DNA from: an uncultured Chloroflexia bacterium
GTDB taxonomy: Bacteria > Chloroflexota > Anaerolineae > Anaerolineales > UBA4823
Assembly (NCBI GenBank): GCA_963788305.1
Contig: CAWBGK010000003.1
Span: 64,510-128,509, forward strand
Length of the DNA stretch: 64,000 nucleotides
Direction of reading: 5' to 3'
This document shows, in pieces, positions 9,899 through 20,514 of the stretch. A program made the translations under genes and the position numbers. Each line of letters starts with the position of its first letter. Within the stretch, counting starts at the first letter, position 1. The notes under the pieces were generated by a model. The model was not told the DNA's origin and did not search any database. It was given only the letters and a program-made list of their open reading frames with translations.

Positions 9899-12263
9899 CT
9901 ACTGCCGCATCATGGCGATCTTCATCTCAGCTTCACTATCCTGGATCAGCTCGCCGGACAGGTCCATCGTGACACACTTGATTTTACCGGTGAAGGTAAA
10001 CGCATCACTGTAGTCATCCGGCGCCACACAATCGCCGCCGTCATAGCCGCAGGTCAAACCTTCGCTTCCCCACATGTTCAGGATCGAGAACGGCATGTCG
10101 ATGTGGGCAACCAGTTTCTGGTTGATGTAGAGCTGGCCGCGCGCCGGCACACCTTTTCCCTGGGCGGGGTCGGGCTTGCCGGTCGGCTCGAACTCATAAC
10201 GCAGCTCGACTTCGCCTTCCGGAATCGTCTCACTGGAATGCAGCCAGAACCTGTCCCGGCCCAGGTGGTTATAAAGGAAGTGGAGCCTCTGGTCCTTGAC
10301 GAAGAAGGTGTATCCGCCAGTGTTGCCGCCCTGGGCCAGCAAGATGCCCTGTGCGCCACCCTTGGGGATCACCACCTCGGCTGTGATGCTCCAGGGCCGG
10401 TTGTAGGTCTTGGGCGAGGCGGTAAACGGGACCGGCGACCCACCCGGGTAAAAGATAAATTTTTTCCGCGGTTTGGCAATGGTCGGGCGCTCCACGTTGA
10501 GGCGTTGAATAGCGGTGCCGTCGATCGGCAGCACCTGGTACTTGCCCGCTTCGGCCCACCAGCGGCCGATCAGCTCAATCAGCTTGTTGCGGTGTTCAGC
10601 GGCCAGGTTGTGGGTTTCGGAATAGTCCTCGTCCAGGTGGTACAGCTCCCAGTCGTGGGTCTCGATATCCAGGAGTACCTGGTTATCGATGGGGTTTCCA
10701 AACCGGCGACCTTTCTTGGCGGCCTCGGTGAAATTTGGACCCGGCCAGGGGCAGACCGCCCGCCAGCCGTCGTGATAGATAGAACGATGGCCGAACATCT
10801 CGAAATACTGGGTGTGGTGATTGCTGGGTGCTTTTACGTCATCGAAGGTATGGGCGAAACTGATCCCATCGATGGGCGCCTGGGTCACGCCGCGGATGTT
10901 ATTCGGCGCTTCCATGCCAAGGGCTTCCAAAACTGTCGGGACGAAGTCGATGACGTGTCCGTAATGAGGTCTAATCTCGCCTTTTGCCTGGATACCCTTC
11001 GGCCAGGAGACGATGCACGGGTCGGTCGTGCCTCCCCGGTAGGTCTCGCGCTTCCAGCGGCGGAAGGGTGTATTGCCGGCATTTGCCCAGCCCCAGGGAT
11101 AGTGGTTGTTGGTCTCGATGCCGCCCAGCTTATCGAGCATCTTAAAGTTGTCCTCGAGCGATTCCTTCACGTTGTTGAAGAAGAACATCTCGTTGAGCGA
11201 TCCTACCGGCCCGCCCTCCGAGCTGGCGCCGTTGTCGGAGACGACCATGATCAGCGTATTGTCCAGCTCGCCGATATCTTTCAGGAATTCGAGGATGCGC
11301 CCGAAGTGGTGGTCGGTGAAGCTGACGAAGCCGGCATAGACCTCCATGAACCGGGCATACAGCCGCTTGACGTCAGCCGGCAGCGTATCCCAAACCGGCA
11401 CATCCGGGTCGTGCGCCGACAGCTCGGTGCCCGGCGGGATGATGCCCATCTCGAGCTGGCGCTTGTGGACGACCTCGCGATATTTATCCCAGCCCATATC
11501 GAATTTACCCTTGTACTTGTCCGCCCACTCTTGGGGAACATGATGCGGGGCATGCCCAGCTCCCGTGGCGTAATACATGTAGAAGGGCTTGTCCGGCGCG
11601 TTGACGTGCGCATCCTGGATAAATTCAATGGCTTTATCGGCCAGGTCGCTGCTCAGGTGGTAGCCCTCCTTTGGCGTGCTAGGCGCTTCCACGGTGTGGT
11701 TGTCGTAGGTCAGCTCGGGGAACCACTGGTTGGTTTCGCCGCCCAGGAAGCCGTAATAACGTTCGAAGCCGCGCCCGAGTGGCCAGCGGTCGTAGGGTCC
11801 GGCTGCAGTGGTGTGTTCGGGGGGCGTCAGGTGCCACTTCCCGATGCAAAAGGTGTTATAGCCTTCTTGCAGCAGCATCTCGCTGAGCATCCCTCTGTCG
11901 AAGGGCAGGATGCCGTTGTAGCCGGGATAGCCGGTGGAGGTCTCAGTAATCGAGGCCAGCCCGATCGAGTGGTGGTTGCGCCCGGTCAGGATGCAGCCTC
12001 GCGACGGCGAGCACAGCGCCGTGGTGTGCACATTGTTGTAGCGCAAGCCGTTGGCGGCCAGGCTGTCCAGTACGGGCGTCTCGACCAGCCCGCCGAAGCA
12101 GGACAGCTGCCCGTAGCCGACGTCGTCCAGCACGAAGAAGAGCACGTTGGGCGCGCCCTCCGGGGGGCGCGGCGCCTCCGGCCAAGCCGGCGAGGACTTC
12201 CTCTGTCGTGCGCCCGATCACCCCTGTGAAGGGGGTCCCATCTTTGTAAATCTTGATTGCCAT
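9899..12263 (-). CDS. arylsulfatase (Cys-type, formylglycine-dependent), frame change near 12195
   Basis: ORF 9899..12145 carries LDDVGYGQLSCFGG and the CSPSR (C-x-P-x-R) motif. The true N-terminus MAIKIYKDGTPFTGVIGRTTEE (ATG 12263) is in another frame and rejoins as SSPAWPEAPRPPEGAPNVLFFVLDD. Confidence 0.85.
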
Positions 12264-12369
12264 GAATTTTCTCCTTTTTATCTCGTTACTAGATTTTTCC
12301 TTATACAGTAGGTACCGCCGGGATGCTGAGGGACGAAAACCGTCAGCACCCCGGTGAAGAAATGAACCA

Positions 12370-14070
12370 CTAGTACGGTGTTGCTACTGGACCCGTGTAA
12401 GGGACTACGTAGTTGCCGGAGATCCAGCCGATCCCGCCAGGCAGAACCGGGATGACCACTGAGAGCCATTCACCGCTCTTGCCGGTCACCTGCAAGACTA
12501 CCCCGGCAGATATTTTGCCGTAGGAAGGATATTCGTTGCCCGGACCGGCGCGCACGTTGAGCGGCTCGACGGTAATAACCCAGGTACCGGTCGGAGCCGA
12601 GGGCGGCGGGGGTACCTCGACAGGCGGAGGCGGAGGCGGCGCTGCCACTACCGGGACGTTCGCAGTGTTGACGGCGTTGGTGTAATCGCCCGATACCCAG
12701 GCAAGCCCGTCCGCCGAGACAGATGTCTGGACGCGCACCTGCCACCAGCCGCCATCCTGGCTGACGCCGGCAATCTCGGCGCTCTGCCCGGGCTGAGCTA
12801 CACCCAGGACCGGATAGTCGGTGCTCGGTCCGGTGCGGACGTTCACGGCTGTCGTGGCGGTCGCCATCGGGGCGCCTGCAGTGGACGGAGGCGGTACGGG
12901 TGCACTCGCCGGCGCGGGCGGCGCCTTGATCACCGGCGCGTTCTCAGTGTTCTTCGCCTGCACCAGGGATGCCTGCACCCAGGCGAAACCGTTCGTGATG
13001 ACCTGCGGGTTCACCCGCACTACCCAGTATGCGCCGTCCTCGCTGCGGCCGATCACCAGCGCGGTCTGACCGGGCTGAGCAATGCCATAAGCCGGGTAGG
13101 TTTCCCCGGGTCCCATGCGCGCGTAGACGGGCTCCAGGACGGTTGCCTGAGGGTCATCCGGTCCCGGCGCCACAGGCTCCACCGTCGGCGGGACGGGCGG
13201 AGCGGGCATCACCGGGACACCTTCGGCAGCGCTGACGGTGACAAACTGGGCAGAAGCCCAGCCTCTCCCGGTCGGGGAAACCGGCATGTTCAGCGCCCAC
13301 CACATGCCATCTTCGCTCTTGCCAACAACCGACGACAGAGCGCCAGGCTGCATCACACCAAAGATCGTGTAGTTCTCGCCCGGTCCGCTGCGTAAATTAA
13401 CTGCCGTGTTCGTCTGAGCGGAGGGGGTATTCGGCGCAGGTGTGGGCAGTATCGCGATCGGGAGCATCTGGAATGTCATGACCGATTTCTGGTCTGCAGA
13501 CGAGAGCACGAGCGCGCCCTGTGAAAATCCGTAGGTAGCCGTCAGTCCAAGCTGAGCCATGAAGGCATCCGCCTGCGAGTCTTCCGGGCAAGCCATCAGG
13601 GTGGTGGGGCCCATCACGATTGTCATGCTGTTACCTTCCCCAACCGTGTAGGTCGCCAGCACCGTGTTGCAGTCCGCCTTGATCGGCAGGCTGCCATCCA
13701 CATTGAAGGTGACCTGGTAGCGGCTGGGATCGCCCACCGGGGTGACCTCTTCCCCAGATTGGCTGGCAGTCCACTGCCAGACGGCGCCTGTCAGCGCCGG
13801 GGTATAGACCACGGCAGCCGGTATCGGCTCAGCAGCAGGGGGTGCGGTGGGTGCCGGAGGCGCGGTCGGCGGCGGGGGCTGAGTTGGCGCGGGCGGCTGC
13901 GCCGCCATCGTGGCTGCGACCGATGCATCCACGGTAGCCTGATTGTCCACAGGTACAGGTGTGGGCTGTGCAGGCGCCTGGGTCGGTGCAGGCAGCTGGG
14001 TGGCTGTCGGCGCACAGGCCGACAGCACGAATGCGATTAAAATCAATAGTGTTAGTCCAACTTTTCTCAT
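12370..14070 (-). CDS. secreted lipoprotein: Pro-rich linker, one META (HslJ-like) domain, four SH3b domains
   Basis: Lipobox MRKVGLTLLILIAFVLSAC (start chosen at 14070). META signature ..IKADCNTVLATYTV..GPTTLMACPEDS... Four repeats of the VN(L/V)R(S/T/A)GPG..Y SH3b type. Confidence 0.7.
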   Translation of the reverse strand: MRKVGLTLLILIAFVLSACAPTATQLPAPTQAPAQPTPVPVDNQATVDASVAATMAAQPPAPTQPPPPTAPPAPTAPPAAEPIPAAVVYTPALTGAVWQWTASQSGEEVTPVGDPSRYQVTFNVDGSLPIKADCNTVLATYTVGEGNSMTIVMGPTTLMACPEDSQADAFMAQLGLTATYGFSQGALVLSSADQKSVMTFQMLPIAILPTPAPNTPSAQTNTAVNLRSGPGENYTIFGVMQPGALSSVVGKSEDGMWWALNMPVSPTGRGWASAQFVTVSAAEGVPVMPAPPVPPTVEPVAPGPDDPQATVLEPVYARMGPGETYPAYGIAQPGQTALVIGRSEDGAYWVVRVNPQVITNGFAWVQASLVQAKNTENAPVIKAPPAPASAPVPPPSTAGAPMATATTAVNVRTGPSTDYPVLGVAQPGQSAEIAGVSQDGGWWQVRVQTSVSADGLAWVSGDYTNAVNTANVPVVAAPPPPPPVEVPPPPSAPTGTWVITVEPLNVRAGPGNEYPSYGKISAGVVLQVTGKSGEWLSVVIPVLPGGIGWISGNYVVPYTGPVATPY

Positions 14071-14185
14071 TCTGTTCCATCCGTTTCTAACTTTATGGTC
14101 TATCCGTCCCTTGCAAACCGGAGGTTCATGTCGGCAGGGACAACAAAGTGCAATCCAGGTCATGATGGTGCCTTTAGACGTCTGT

Positions 14186-14572
14186 TTACTTCACTTCGAA
14201 TGACTTCTTAACGCCTGGCAGCATCATGTAGATCAAAATAACTGTGTTGAGCAAGAAGCTGACGCCGGCATCCGAAAATGTTCCTTCACCCAGCGAAACG
14301 GTGAATCCCACGATCAGGTTGAAGAGCGTGATCACCACCAGGAATAGCCAGGCCTGCTTGTCGACATTCCAGAGCATCTTCACCAACCAGATATAGACCC
14401 ACACCATCAAAGCCCACATCAAGAAGGACCAGAAATTGAATGCAAACAGCTTAAAGGGACCAATCACAAACGGAATGAGCCCCAACGCTTGCAGAGCGTG
14501 GATGCCTGCCAGGACGCCGGCTAACGCTGCCAGAACGGCCAATACAGTGACACCAAACGGACGATTTTTCAT
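14186..14572 (-). CDS. small 4-TM membrane protein, unknown function
   Basis: ORF 14186..14593. The ATG at 14572 (MKNRPFGVTVLAVLAAL..) is preceded by TAGGAGA. Confidence 0.5.
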   Translation of the reverse strand: MKNRPFGVTVLAVLAALAGVLAGIHALQALGLIPFVIGPFKLFAFNFWSFLMWALMVWVYIWLVKMLWNVDKQAWLFLVVITLFNLIVGFTVSLGEGTFSDAGVSFLLNTVILIYMMLPGVKKSFEVK

Positions 14573-14672
14573 GTTATTTCTCCTAATGAACAAGAGTATT
14601 AATTGTGATGGTTTGAGTTATCCAAAAACTGTCTCATCAAACCTTGCCTGAAATCCTGTTGTTCCCTCAAGC

Positions 14673-16074
14673 CTACATCTGGGGGAGCGAAGAGGGATCA
14701 AAAGGCTGTAAATATGCTGCGCTCACCCAGCCAATCCCTGATGGAACCGGAGCCACAACGGCAACCCAGGCGCCATCCTGGCTGATCCCCACTGCTTGCA
14801 GCGGCGTACCCATTGGTACCTTGCCGTAGCTGGGGAACTCATTCCCCGGACCAGCGCGCACAGTTGACCGGTTCGGTCGTCTGGACGACCAAAGAGCCAG
14901 TTTCTGGTGGTGCAGGGACGATATCTTCAGGCAGAGCAGGAGGTTGAACTACGGGCAGATCCACAGGCGTTGTGCCCTGCAGGGTTACATAGGTCGCGCT
15001 CACCCACCCTGTCCCATCAGGAGAGTAGGTCGTTGGGATTGTGACGACGTACCAACCTCCGTCCGGGCTGATCCCGGTGACAGGCGCCGAAGCGCCTGTG
15101 GGAGCTACGCCATAGACAGGAAAGTCCGTGCTGGGTCCGCTGCGCACGTTCACATTCGTGGTAGCGGTTGCGCTGGGTGCGCCCGAGGCAGGCGGGACCG
15201 GCTCTACCGTCGGCGCGCTGGGCGGCGGCGCCGAGGAGGGGTAATAGGCGTCATCTAACGTCCAGACTTTAAGTTCCTCGTAACGAGAGATGAAAGGATT
15301 TGAGCTGCTGGCATTGACAAAGTAGCCCAGATCACCTGCTTCCAAGAATGTGGGATCCGCCGCGCTAGCCAGGTATTTCCCATTTGCGAAAAGCTGATAG
15401 TCTCCCCCATAGGCAGCCACACCCAGGCGATTAGCATCACCAGCGTTGGTCAGGATAGTCTCCGAGCTGGTTGGCGCGATTAAATCCGTGACGCTGCCGC
15501 CCGAAACCCGCTTCAGGCTGTACTGGCCCGCACAGCTCAGGCTGAACAGGTAACCGCTGCTCGAATCTGGCGAACGGAAAAGCAGGCCGAACTGATCCCC
15601 CGCTGCACACAAATCCGGCATCACTGTCGTCGTCTCAATGTAGAAATCCTGGATTTGCGGCCAGGAAGTCGTCCAGCAGTAGATCCCCGCCACTCCGTTG
15701 GCCGCCATGACAAACTGCCCTCCCGCGATTTCCGTGAGGAAGCACATGGTCGCCATCGGAGCGAAGTTCACAGCGGCATCGAAAGTGTCAATCCCGTCAG
15801 GAGTGCCTAGCTCCAGAGCAGGATCTCCGGCTTCCAATGTCGGTGTTGGCTCGGCCGTCGGGGCTTCAGTGGGAGCCTCGGTAGGAGCAGGCGGTTGGGT
15901 CGGCGGTGGGGGCTGGGTTGGCGCCGGGGGTTGCGCCGCCATCGTGGCTGCCACAGCAGCATCGACGGTAGCCTGGTCGTCCACCGGCGGCTGCGTCGGC
16001 GCCGGAGCAGGCTGGCAAGCTGCCAGCAGGGTTATGATCAGGATCATCGATAGGATATGAATTAACTTAGTCAT
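14673..16074 (-). CDS. secreted lipoprotein: Pro-rich linker, LamG/jelly-roll-like domain, two SH3b domains; frame change near 14850
   Basis: Lipobox MTKLIHILSMILIITLLAAC with GGAGGA RBS. ORF 14839..16074 ends ..TTEPVN and ORF 14673..14861 continues (V)RAGPGNEFPSYGK.. as the second SH3b. N-terminal QATVDAAVAATMAAQPPAPTQPPPPT is shared with 12370..14070. Confidence 0.65.
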
Positions 16075-16104
16075 TGTCTTCCTCCAGTTGGTTTAGTTTG
16101 GAAA

Positions 16105-17839
16105 TCATCCACCAGTACTTTGCTCAGTTGTTATCCCAAAGCGAGCGTGATATGCCGTCACCGCGGCGCGAACTGAGATATAGATGTTGTCTTTGCCAAG
16201 CCGTTTTGTCAGTCCTGTCGCCAGCAGAAGGTCACGCAGCGGTTCGTTCGCCCGTGCAATCCACAATTCCACGCCCATCCGCTCCAGGTCTGCGTCCAAA
16301 TTCTCCAGCGCTTCTGCCGCGGTTGAATCGAAATCGCTGATAGCTTCAGCGTCAAATATGACACATTTCAAGCCCTCACCGGCGTTGGCGATCAGCTCCT
16401 CCATGCGCTCTGTAAAATACGCCGCGTTCGCAAACACGAGCGGCGCGTCGAAACGATATACGATCAAGCCAGGCTCGGTCAGCGCGGTTTCCTTGTCGGC
16501 GACGCCTCGATACACCGTGCCTCCGCTCGCGTCCATATCGTCCAACAGCGCATCATGCGGCTTCGAGATGTGAAGCAGGATGTTGATCAGCGAAAGCAGC
16601 ACAGCCACGAGAATGCCCTGTAAGATGCCAACGGTGAGCACGCCGATCGCTGTCACCACAGCCAGCCAAAACTCGAGCGCGCTGCACCCGCCTTAAAAAG
16701 CGAAACGCAGCCACATCAATCAAACCGAACGAAGCGACGATGATGATTGAACCCAGCACAACGGAAGGTAGCGGCGCAAGCAGCGGTGTGAAAAAGAGCA
16801 AAAAAACAATGATGAGCACGGCTGCGATCAGCCCGACCCACTGCGATTTGCCGCCCATCTGGTCGGCGACCGTCGTGCGCGAGGCGCTGGTTCCTGCGGG
16901 AAATCCAGTCAATAAGCCTGCGCCGATATTGGCCATGCCGATCGCGATGAATTCCTGGTTAGCGTCGATCTTCTGGCCGTGTCTCACTGCAAAGACGCGC
17001 CCTGTCAGGACACCATCCGCATAAATCAGGATCGTGAGCGCCAGGGCAGCAGGCAGCAGTGCAAAGACATCCGCCAGGCTGAAAGCCGGGATCGACAGCT
17101 TCGGCAGTCCGGCTGGCACCTCGCCGACGATCGCGACGCCTTTCGATTGCAGGTCATAGACTGCAGAGATCATGATGCCGGCTACGACGACGATAAGCGG
17201 GCCGGGTAAGGCTCGATTCACGCGGCGAATGATGATCAGCGCGGTAATGCAGATGATGCCAATTGCGAATGTGAGCAGGTGGGTTTCATCGAGGCGGCTG
17301 ATCAGCTCAGCGATCTGTCGAAAGAACTGGTCGCTCTCGAGCTTGAAGCCGAATATCTTGCCCAGCTGGCTTGCGATGACGATCAAAGTGGTGCCAAAGA
17401 TGTAGCCGACCAGGATCGGCTTGGACAGCAGGTTGGTGATGAACCCCAACTTCGCTGCACTCGCGAGCAGCATCAGGATGCCGACCAGGATCGCGGCCAG
17501 CGCGGCCAGCGCGGCATAGCGAACCGGGTCGCCGCCTGCCAGCGGTGCAACGGCGGTTGCGGCCATGATCGCAGTTGTCGCTTCAGGTCCCGCGATCAGC
17601 TGTTTGGATGTGCCAAATAGGGCGTACATCACCATCGCGCCGAGGGCGACGTACAGCCCTGCAACCGGGGTGACGCCGGCAAGATCACCATATGCCATCG
17701 CTGATGGCACGAGGATCGCAAAGACCGTGACCGCCACAACCAGCTCGCTGCGTAGGAGTGCAGGATTCAGCCCCTTGAATAGGACAAGACCCGGAATGAA
17801 GCGTGCAATACCTTTGGAAGGCGGTATTGGGGCGTTCAT
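16105..17839 (-). CDS. SulP family anion transporter with STAS domain (second copy), frame change near 16688
   Basis: ORF 16553..17839 is the TM core, ending ..AAFRFLRRV. ORF 16105..16659 (..VTAIGVLTVGILQGILVAVLLSL.. plus STAS) is in another frame. Confidence 0.8.
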
Positions 17840-18190
17840 CAGCGCTTCGGTACAGAAAGCCGGGCAATAGTTCTGAAGAATTCAACATGCGGCATGATGC
17901 GAAACCTCCAAAATCACGGATGACTTTATTGCAGCCAGCAGGTTGGCGGGTCGGAATGCACCGGCTCACCCGGTTCGATCCCTTTTCGAGTTCCTCCGCT
18001 GGGGGGATAAACCGTTTCTATTTTCGAATGCGAACGATTGTCGTTGCAACAGCCGGTCGCCTGGTCGGCAAGCCTTCCTCGCATACCATGAGAATAAGGC
18101 TTGCCCCGACCAGGAACAAAACCATCGAATTCATAACCACCAACATACCTGACTCGAAAAAAGCTGTTTTCTCGTCAGGACGAATTCGCT

Positions 18191-18463
18191 TAAAGACCAA
18201 GCAGCTTCGCCTTCTGGACTGCGAACTCTTCTTCGGTGAGCAGCCCCTGGGCCTTGAGCGCGCCGAGTCGCTCGAGCTGCGTGATCACGTCTTCTTCCGG
18301 CGCAGGCGCTTCGGGGATATACTCTTGCGGCGGCGGCGCGGTTTGCTGCATACGCGGTTTGCGTGGCCTGGGCGTACGCCGTAGCGTTCTTGTCCGCCTG
18401 GCGGCGGTTTACAGCATTGCGAGTGGCTGTGGCTGTGCCGACCACGGCAGCAGTCCTCGCCAT
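18191..18463 (-). CDS. SHOCT-domain small protein, frame change near 18345
   Basis: N-terminus MARTAAVVGTATATRNAVNRRQADKNATAYAQ.. from ORF 18131..18463. A shifted frame gives QEYIPEAPAPEEDVITQLERLGALKAQGLLTEEEFAVQKAKLLGL-stop, a typical SHOCT C-terminus. Confidence 0.6.
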
Positions 18464-18497
18464 CCCTCTCAGTTAATCCTGGCATTTTATCCTCCTG

Positions 18498-18930
18498 CTA
18501 TTCATCTACACCAAGCGAGGCGAAAGCCTCGTCGACGACCAGCGCCGGCACACGGAAGTTCAACGCCACGTCCACGCCAGCTTCAAAAAGCGCATTCACC
18601 AGGGCCAGTGCCCAGGTGTGCTCGATCGCCAATGCGATCACCGACGAACCGGGCACCATACCTTCCGTCAGTGTGTCAGCGTCGTAAGAGTCGAACAAAC
18701 CATGCGTCCCGGTTTCGATAAAGCCCAATTTGGCTTTATCTTCTGACTGGCAGGTCTTCAAGATCGAGAGTATAGACCACACCATCGAAACCTTTCAGCA
18801 AGATCAGTGCATCCAGCACCCGGATCGTCCCGGATGCAGCCTGCCGCTCGAGCTCTGCCAGGACGTTGCCGTCAAAGCGCGGCTCTCCGGCTGCCAGGAC
18901 AATTACATCAACAGGTCCATGTTTAATCAT
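18498..18930 (-). CDS. DUF6325-like protein (paralog of 9395..9820), frame change at ~18740-18785
   Basis: MIKHGPVDVIVLAAGEPRFDGNVLAELERQAASGTIRVLDALILLKGFDG.. (GGAGG 8 nt upstream of the ATG at 18930) continues in ORF 18498..18785 (..SVIALAIEHTWALALVNALFEAG..). Confidence 0.5.
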
Positions 18931-19052
18931 TCGTATTTCCTCCATTCAGATACTAATATTGTTCATACGTCTATTTGAAGTATGGTGGAGTTCGGGCGGG
19001 TTTTGCCCGCTCTAACTCCACCTCTTCACAGATTAATTATGAAATTCCAATC

Positions 19053-19352
19053 CTACGGTGCGGTTTCTGGATACATCGGTACTTGCTTGCGGTTGTGGTA
19101 GCCGCCGATGTAGCTGGCGACGTCTGCCATGATCCCGAAGCCGAGCCAGATCCAATCGAAGCCGTTCAATGGGAAGATCATCACGTACATCAACGCTGTC
19201 CATGGAGCAAAGATCAGGCTTGCCAGCCCGACCAGCCATGGAAGGTTGAAGGTTGCGAACGCCGCATTCACGCGAATAGGTGCCAGCAGCCAGTAGATCA
19301 AGAACGCCAATCGTGGGCCAAAGAAAACTAGTGAAGCAAAGAAACAGCACAT
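19053..19352 (-). CDS. 99-aa 3-TM membrane protein, unknown function
   Basis: Intact ORF with AGGAGAGGAG RBS. Sequence ..FFGPRLAFLIYWLLAPIRVNAAF..FAPWTALMYVMIFPLNGFDWIWLGFGIMADV... Confidence 0.5.
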   Translation of the reverse strand: MCCFFASLVFFGPRLAFLIYWLLAPIRVNAAFATFNLPWLVGLASLIFAPWTALMYVMIFPLNGFDWIWLGFGIMADVASYIGGYHNRKQVPMYPETAP

Positions 19353-19452
19353 GGGAAACTCCTCTCCTAAAAATGAAATTGTATGGTTTTTTCTTCAGAG
19401 ATGAGATGGCAGCCATTCCATGAATGCCATCTCCATGACATTATCTACCCGG

Positions 19453-20013
19453 CTAGCGTCCGCCGTGAGCCATCTCGTCGATGCACACCGCCACTGCCAG
19501 GATGATCACGTCGTTCTGACCGGGATCGATCGACACGCCGTAGCTGTCGCGCAGGCGGAACCACTTCTTGGACACCTCCGCCACCTTATCGCGCCCTTCG
19601 CCGATCGAGTACTCATGGTCCAGGATATTGCCCTGCACCTCCAGGTCTGGGCCGCCTTTGACCTTGACCACCCAGCGCTCCCGCACAGGCGTGATCAGGG
19701 CTTTCTTTACCGTGGCGAGGTTCTCGCCGTGCGGTCCTTCGATCTCCATGCTGTCTTTGATCCGCAGCATGCGCTCCTGGATCTTGGCCAGCTCGTTGCC
19801 CTGGGCATCTTCGAAGATCAGGGTCTGGCGCACGCGCAGCGCCTTGCCGTCAATCTTAAAGACTTTTTGGCCTGCCTCGTTTTCGATCCAGAAATCGTCA
19901 CCGATTGCGACCATTTTCTGGCGCATCTGGTAGCGGTTGCCCCCGCCGCCCGGTCGTCCGAGCTGGCGGTCTTCCTGGCGCTCTTCGCGCCTTTCCTCTC
20001 GTCTGCCTCTCAT
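19453..20013 (-). CDS. LURP-one-related / tubby-C-like (DUF567, scramblase-fold) protein with highly charged N-terminus
   Basis: RYQMRQKMVAIGDDFWIENEAGQKVFKIDGKALRVRQTLIFEDAQGNELAKIQERML.. matches the LOR family pattern. AAGGAGAGG RBS. Confidence 0.6.
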   Translation of the reverse strand: MRGRREERREERQEDRQLGRPGGGGNRYQMRQKMVAIGDDFWIENEAGQKVFKIDGKALRVRQTLIFEDAQGNELAKIQERMLRIKDSMEIEGPHGENLATVKKALITPVRERWVVKVKGGPDLEVQGNILDHEYSIGEGRDKVAEVSKKWFRLRDSYGVSIDPGQNDVIILAVAVCIDEMAHGGR

Positions 20014-20080
20014 CTATATTCCTCTCCTTGTAATATTTGATCCGCAAATAGGGTAAGAGCCCCTATCGCATTGAAGACGG

Positions 20081-20383
20081 TTAATCCACGTTCACCTTAA
20101 TTCCACCCATCATACCCGCCACTGCGTTGTAGACCAGTGCGACTACCCAGCCCGCGAGTGCGCCGCCGGCGGCTGCGAACAAAGCGCGTAAGAAAACCAG
20201 ACCAAAGGTATAGAACGAATAGACGGCCCAGTTTCCCAGGTTCATATCGATCCACCAGGACTGAGCGCCAAAGATCCAGCCCAGGATCCAGTACCACAGA
20301 CCGAAGACGAAGGTCCAGAAAGCTGCCAGGACGGCTCCGTAGGTTACGAATGAACCGACATTGACTGACTTGATTGTTTTCAT
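20081..20383 (-). CDS. 100-aa membrane protein, DUF3566-like
   Basis: Intact ORF with GAGGAGAG RBS. The C-terminal ..ALVYNAVAGMMGGIKVNVD resembles the DUF3566 ending. Family call is from memory. Confidence 0.45.
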   Translation of the reverse strand: MKTIKSVNVGSFVTYGAVLAAFWTFVFGLWYWILGWIFGAQSWWIDMNLGNWAVYSFYTFGLVFLRALFAAAGGALAGWVVALVYNAVAGMMGGIKVNVD

Positions 20384-20514
20384 GAATTACTCTCCTCTTT
20401 CAAATATGGATTGAAAAAAATGTTTATTCGATCGTTCATTCTGCTTGTTCATTTTTCGAATTTCTTAGAACCAACCTCTGACAACTTGCTTGAGTGAAAT
20501 GTCTCGGTCGGAAT

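Noticed and set aside
10103-12229. 708-aa plus-strand ORF exactly antisense to the arylsulfatase gene
   Set aside because: It is a shadow ORF of a GC-rich gene. Its translation is low-complexity Arg/Gly/Ala/Val-rich with no recognisable motif, whereas the minus frame carries canonical sulfatase motifs (LDDVGYG, CSPSR).
12821-14040. Several 60-90-aa ORFs on both strands within the SH3b lipoprotein gene
   Set aside because: They are by-products of Pro/Ala/Gly-rich GC-biased coding sequence, and all are nested in or antisense to the 12370..14070 gene.
17935-18002. tRNA-like GGTTCGATCC box and nested short helices in the 5' region of the second SulP gene (possible tRNA remnant or riboswitch)
   Set aside because: No cloverleaf can be drawn because the T-stem does not pair. 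The helices are only 5-6 bp with large internal loops. I recognise no riboswitch consensus. The evidence is too weak to call without a covariance-model search.
19420-20040. 206-aa plus-strand ORF opposite the LURP-one-like gene
   Set aside because: Antisense shadow ORF. The minus frame has family-specific motifs and a strong RBS, and the plus frame has neither.
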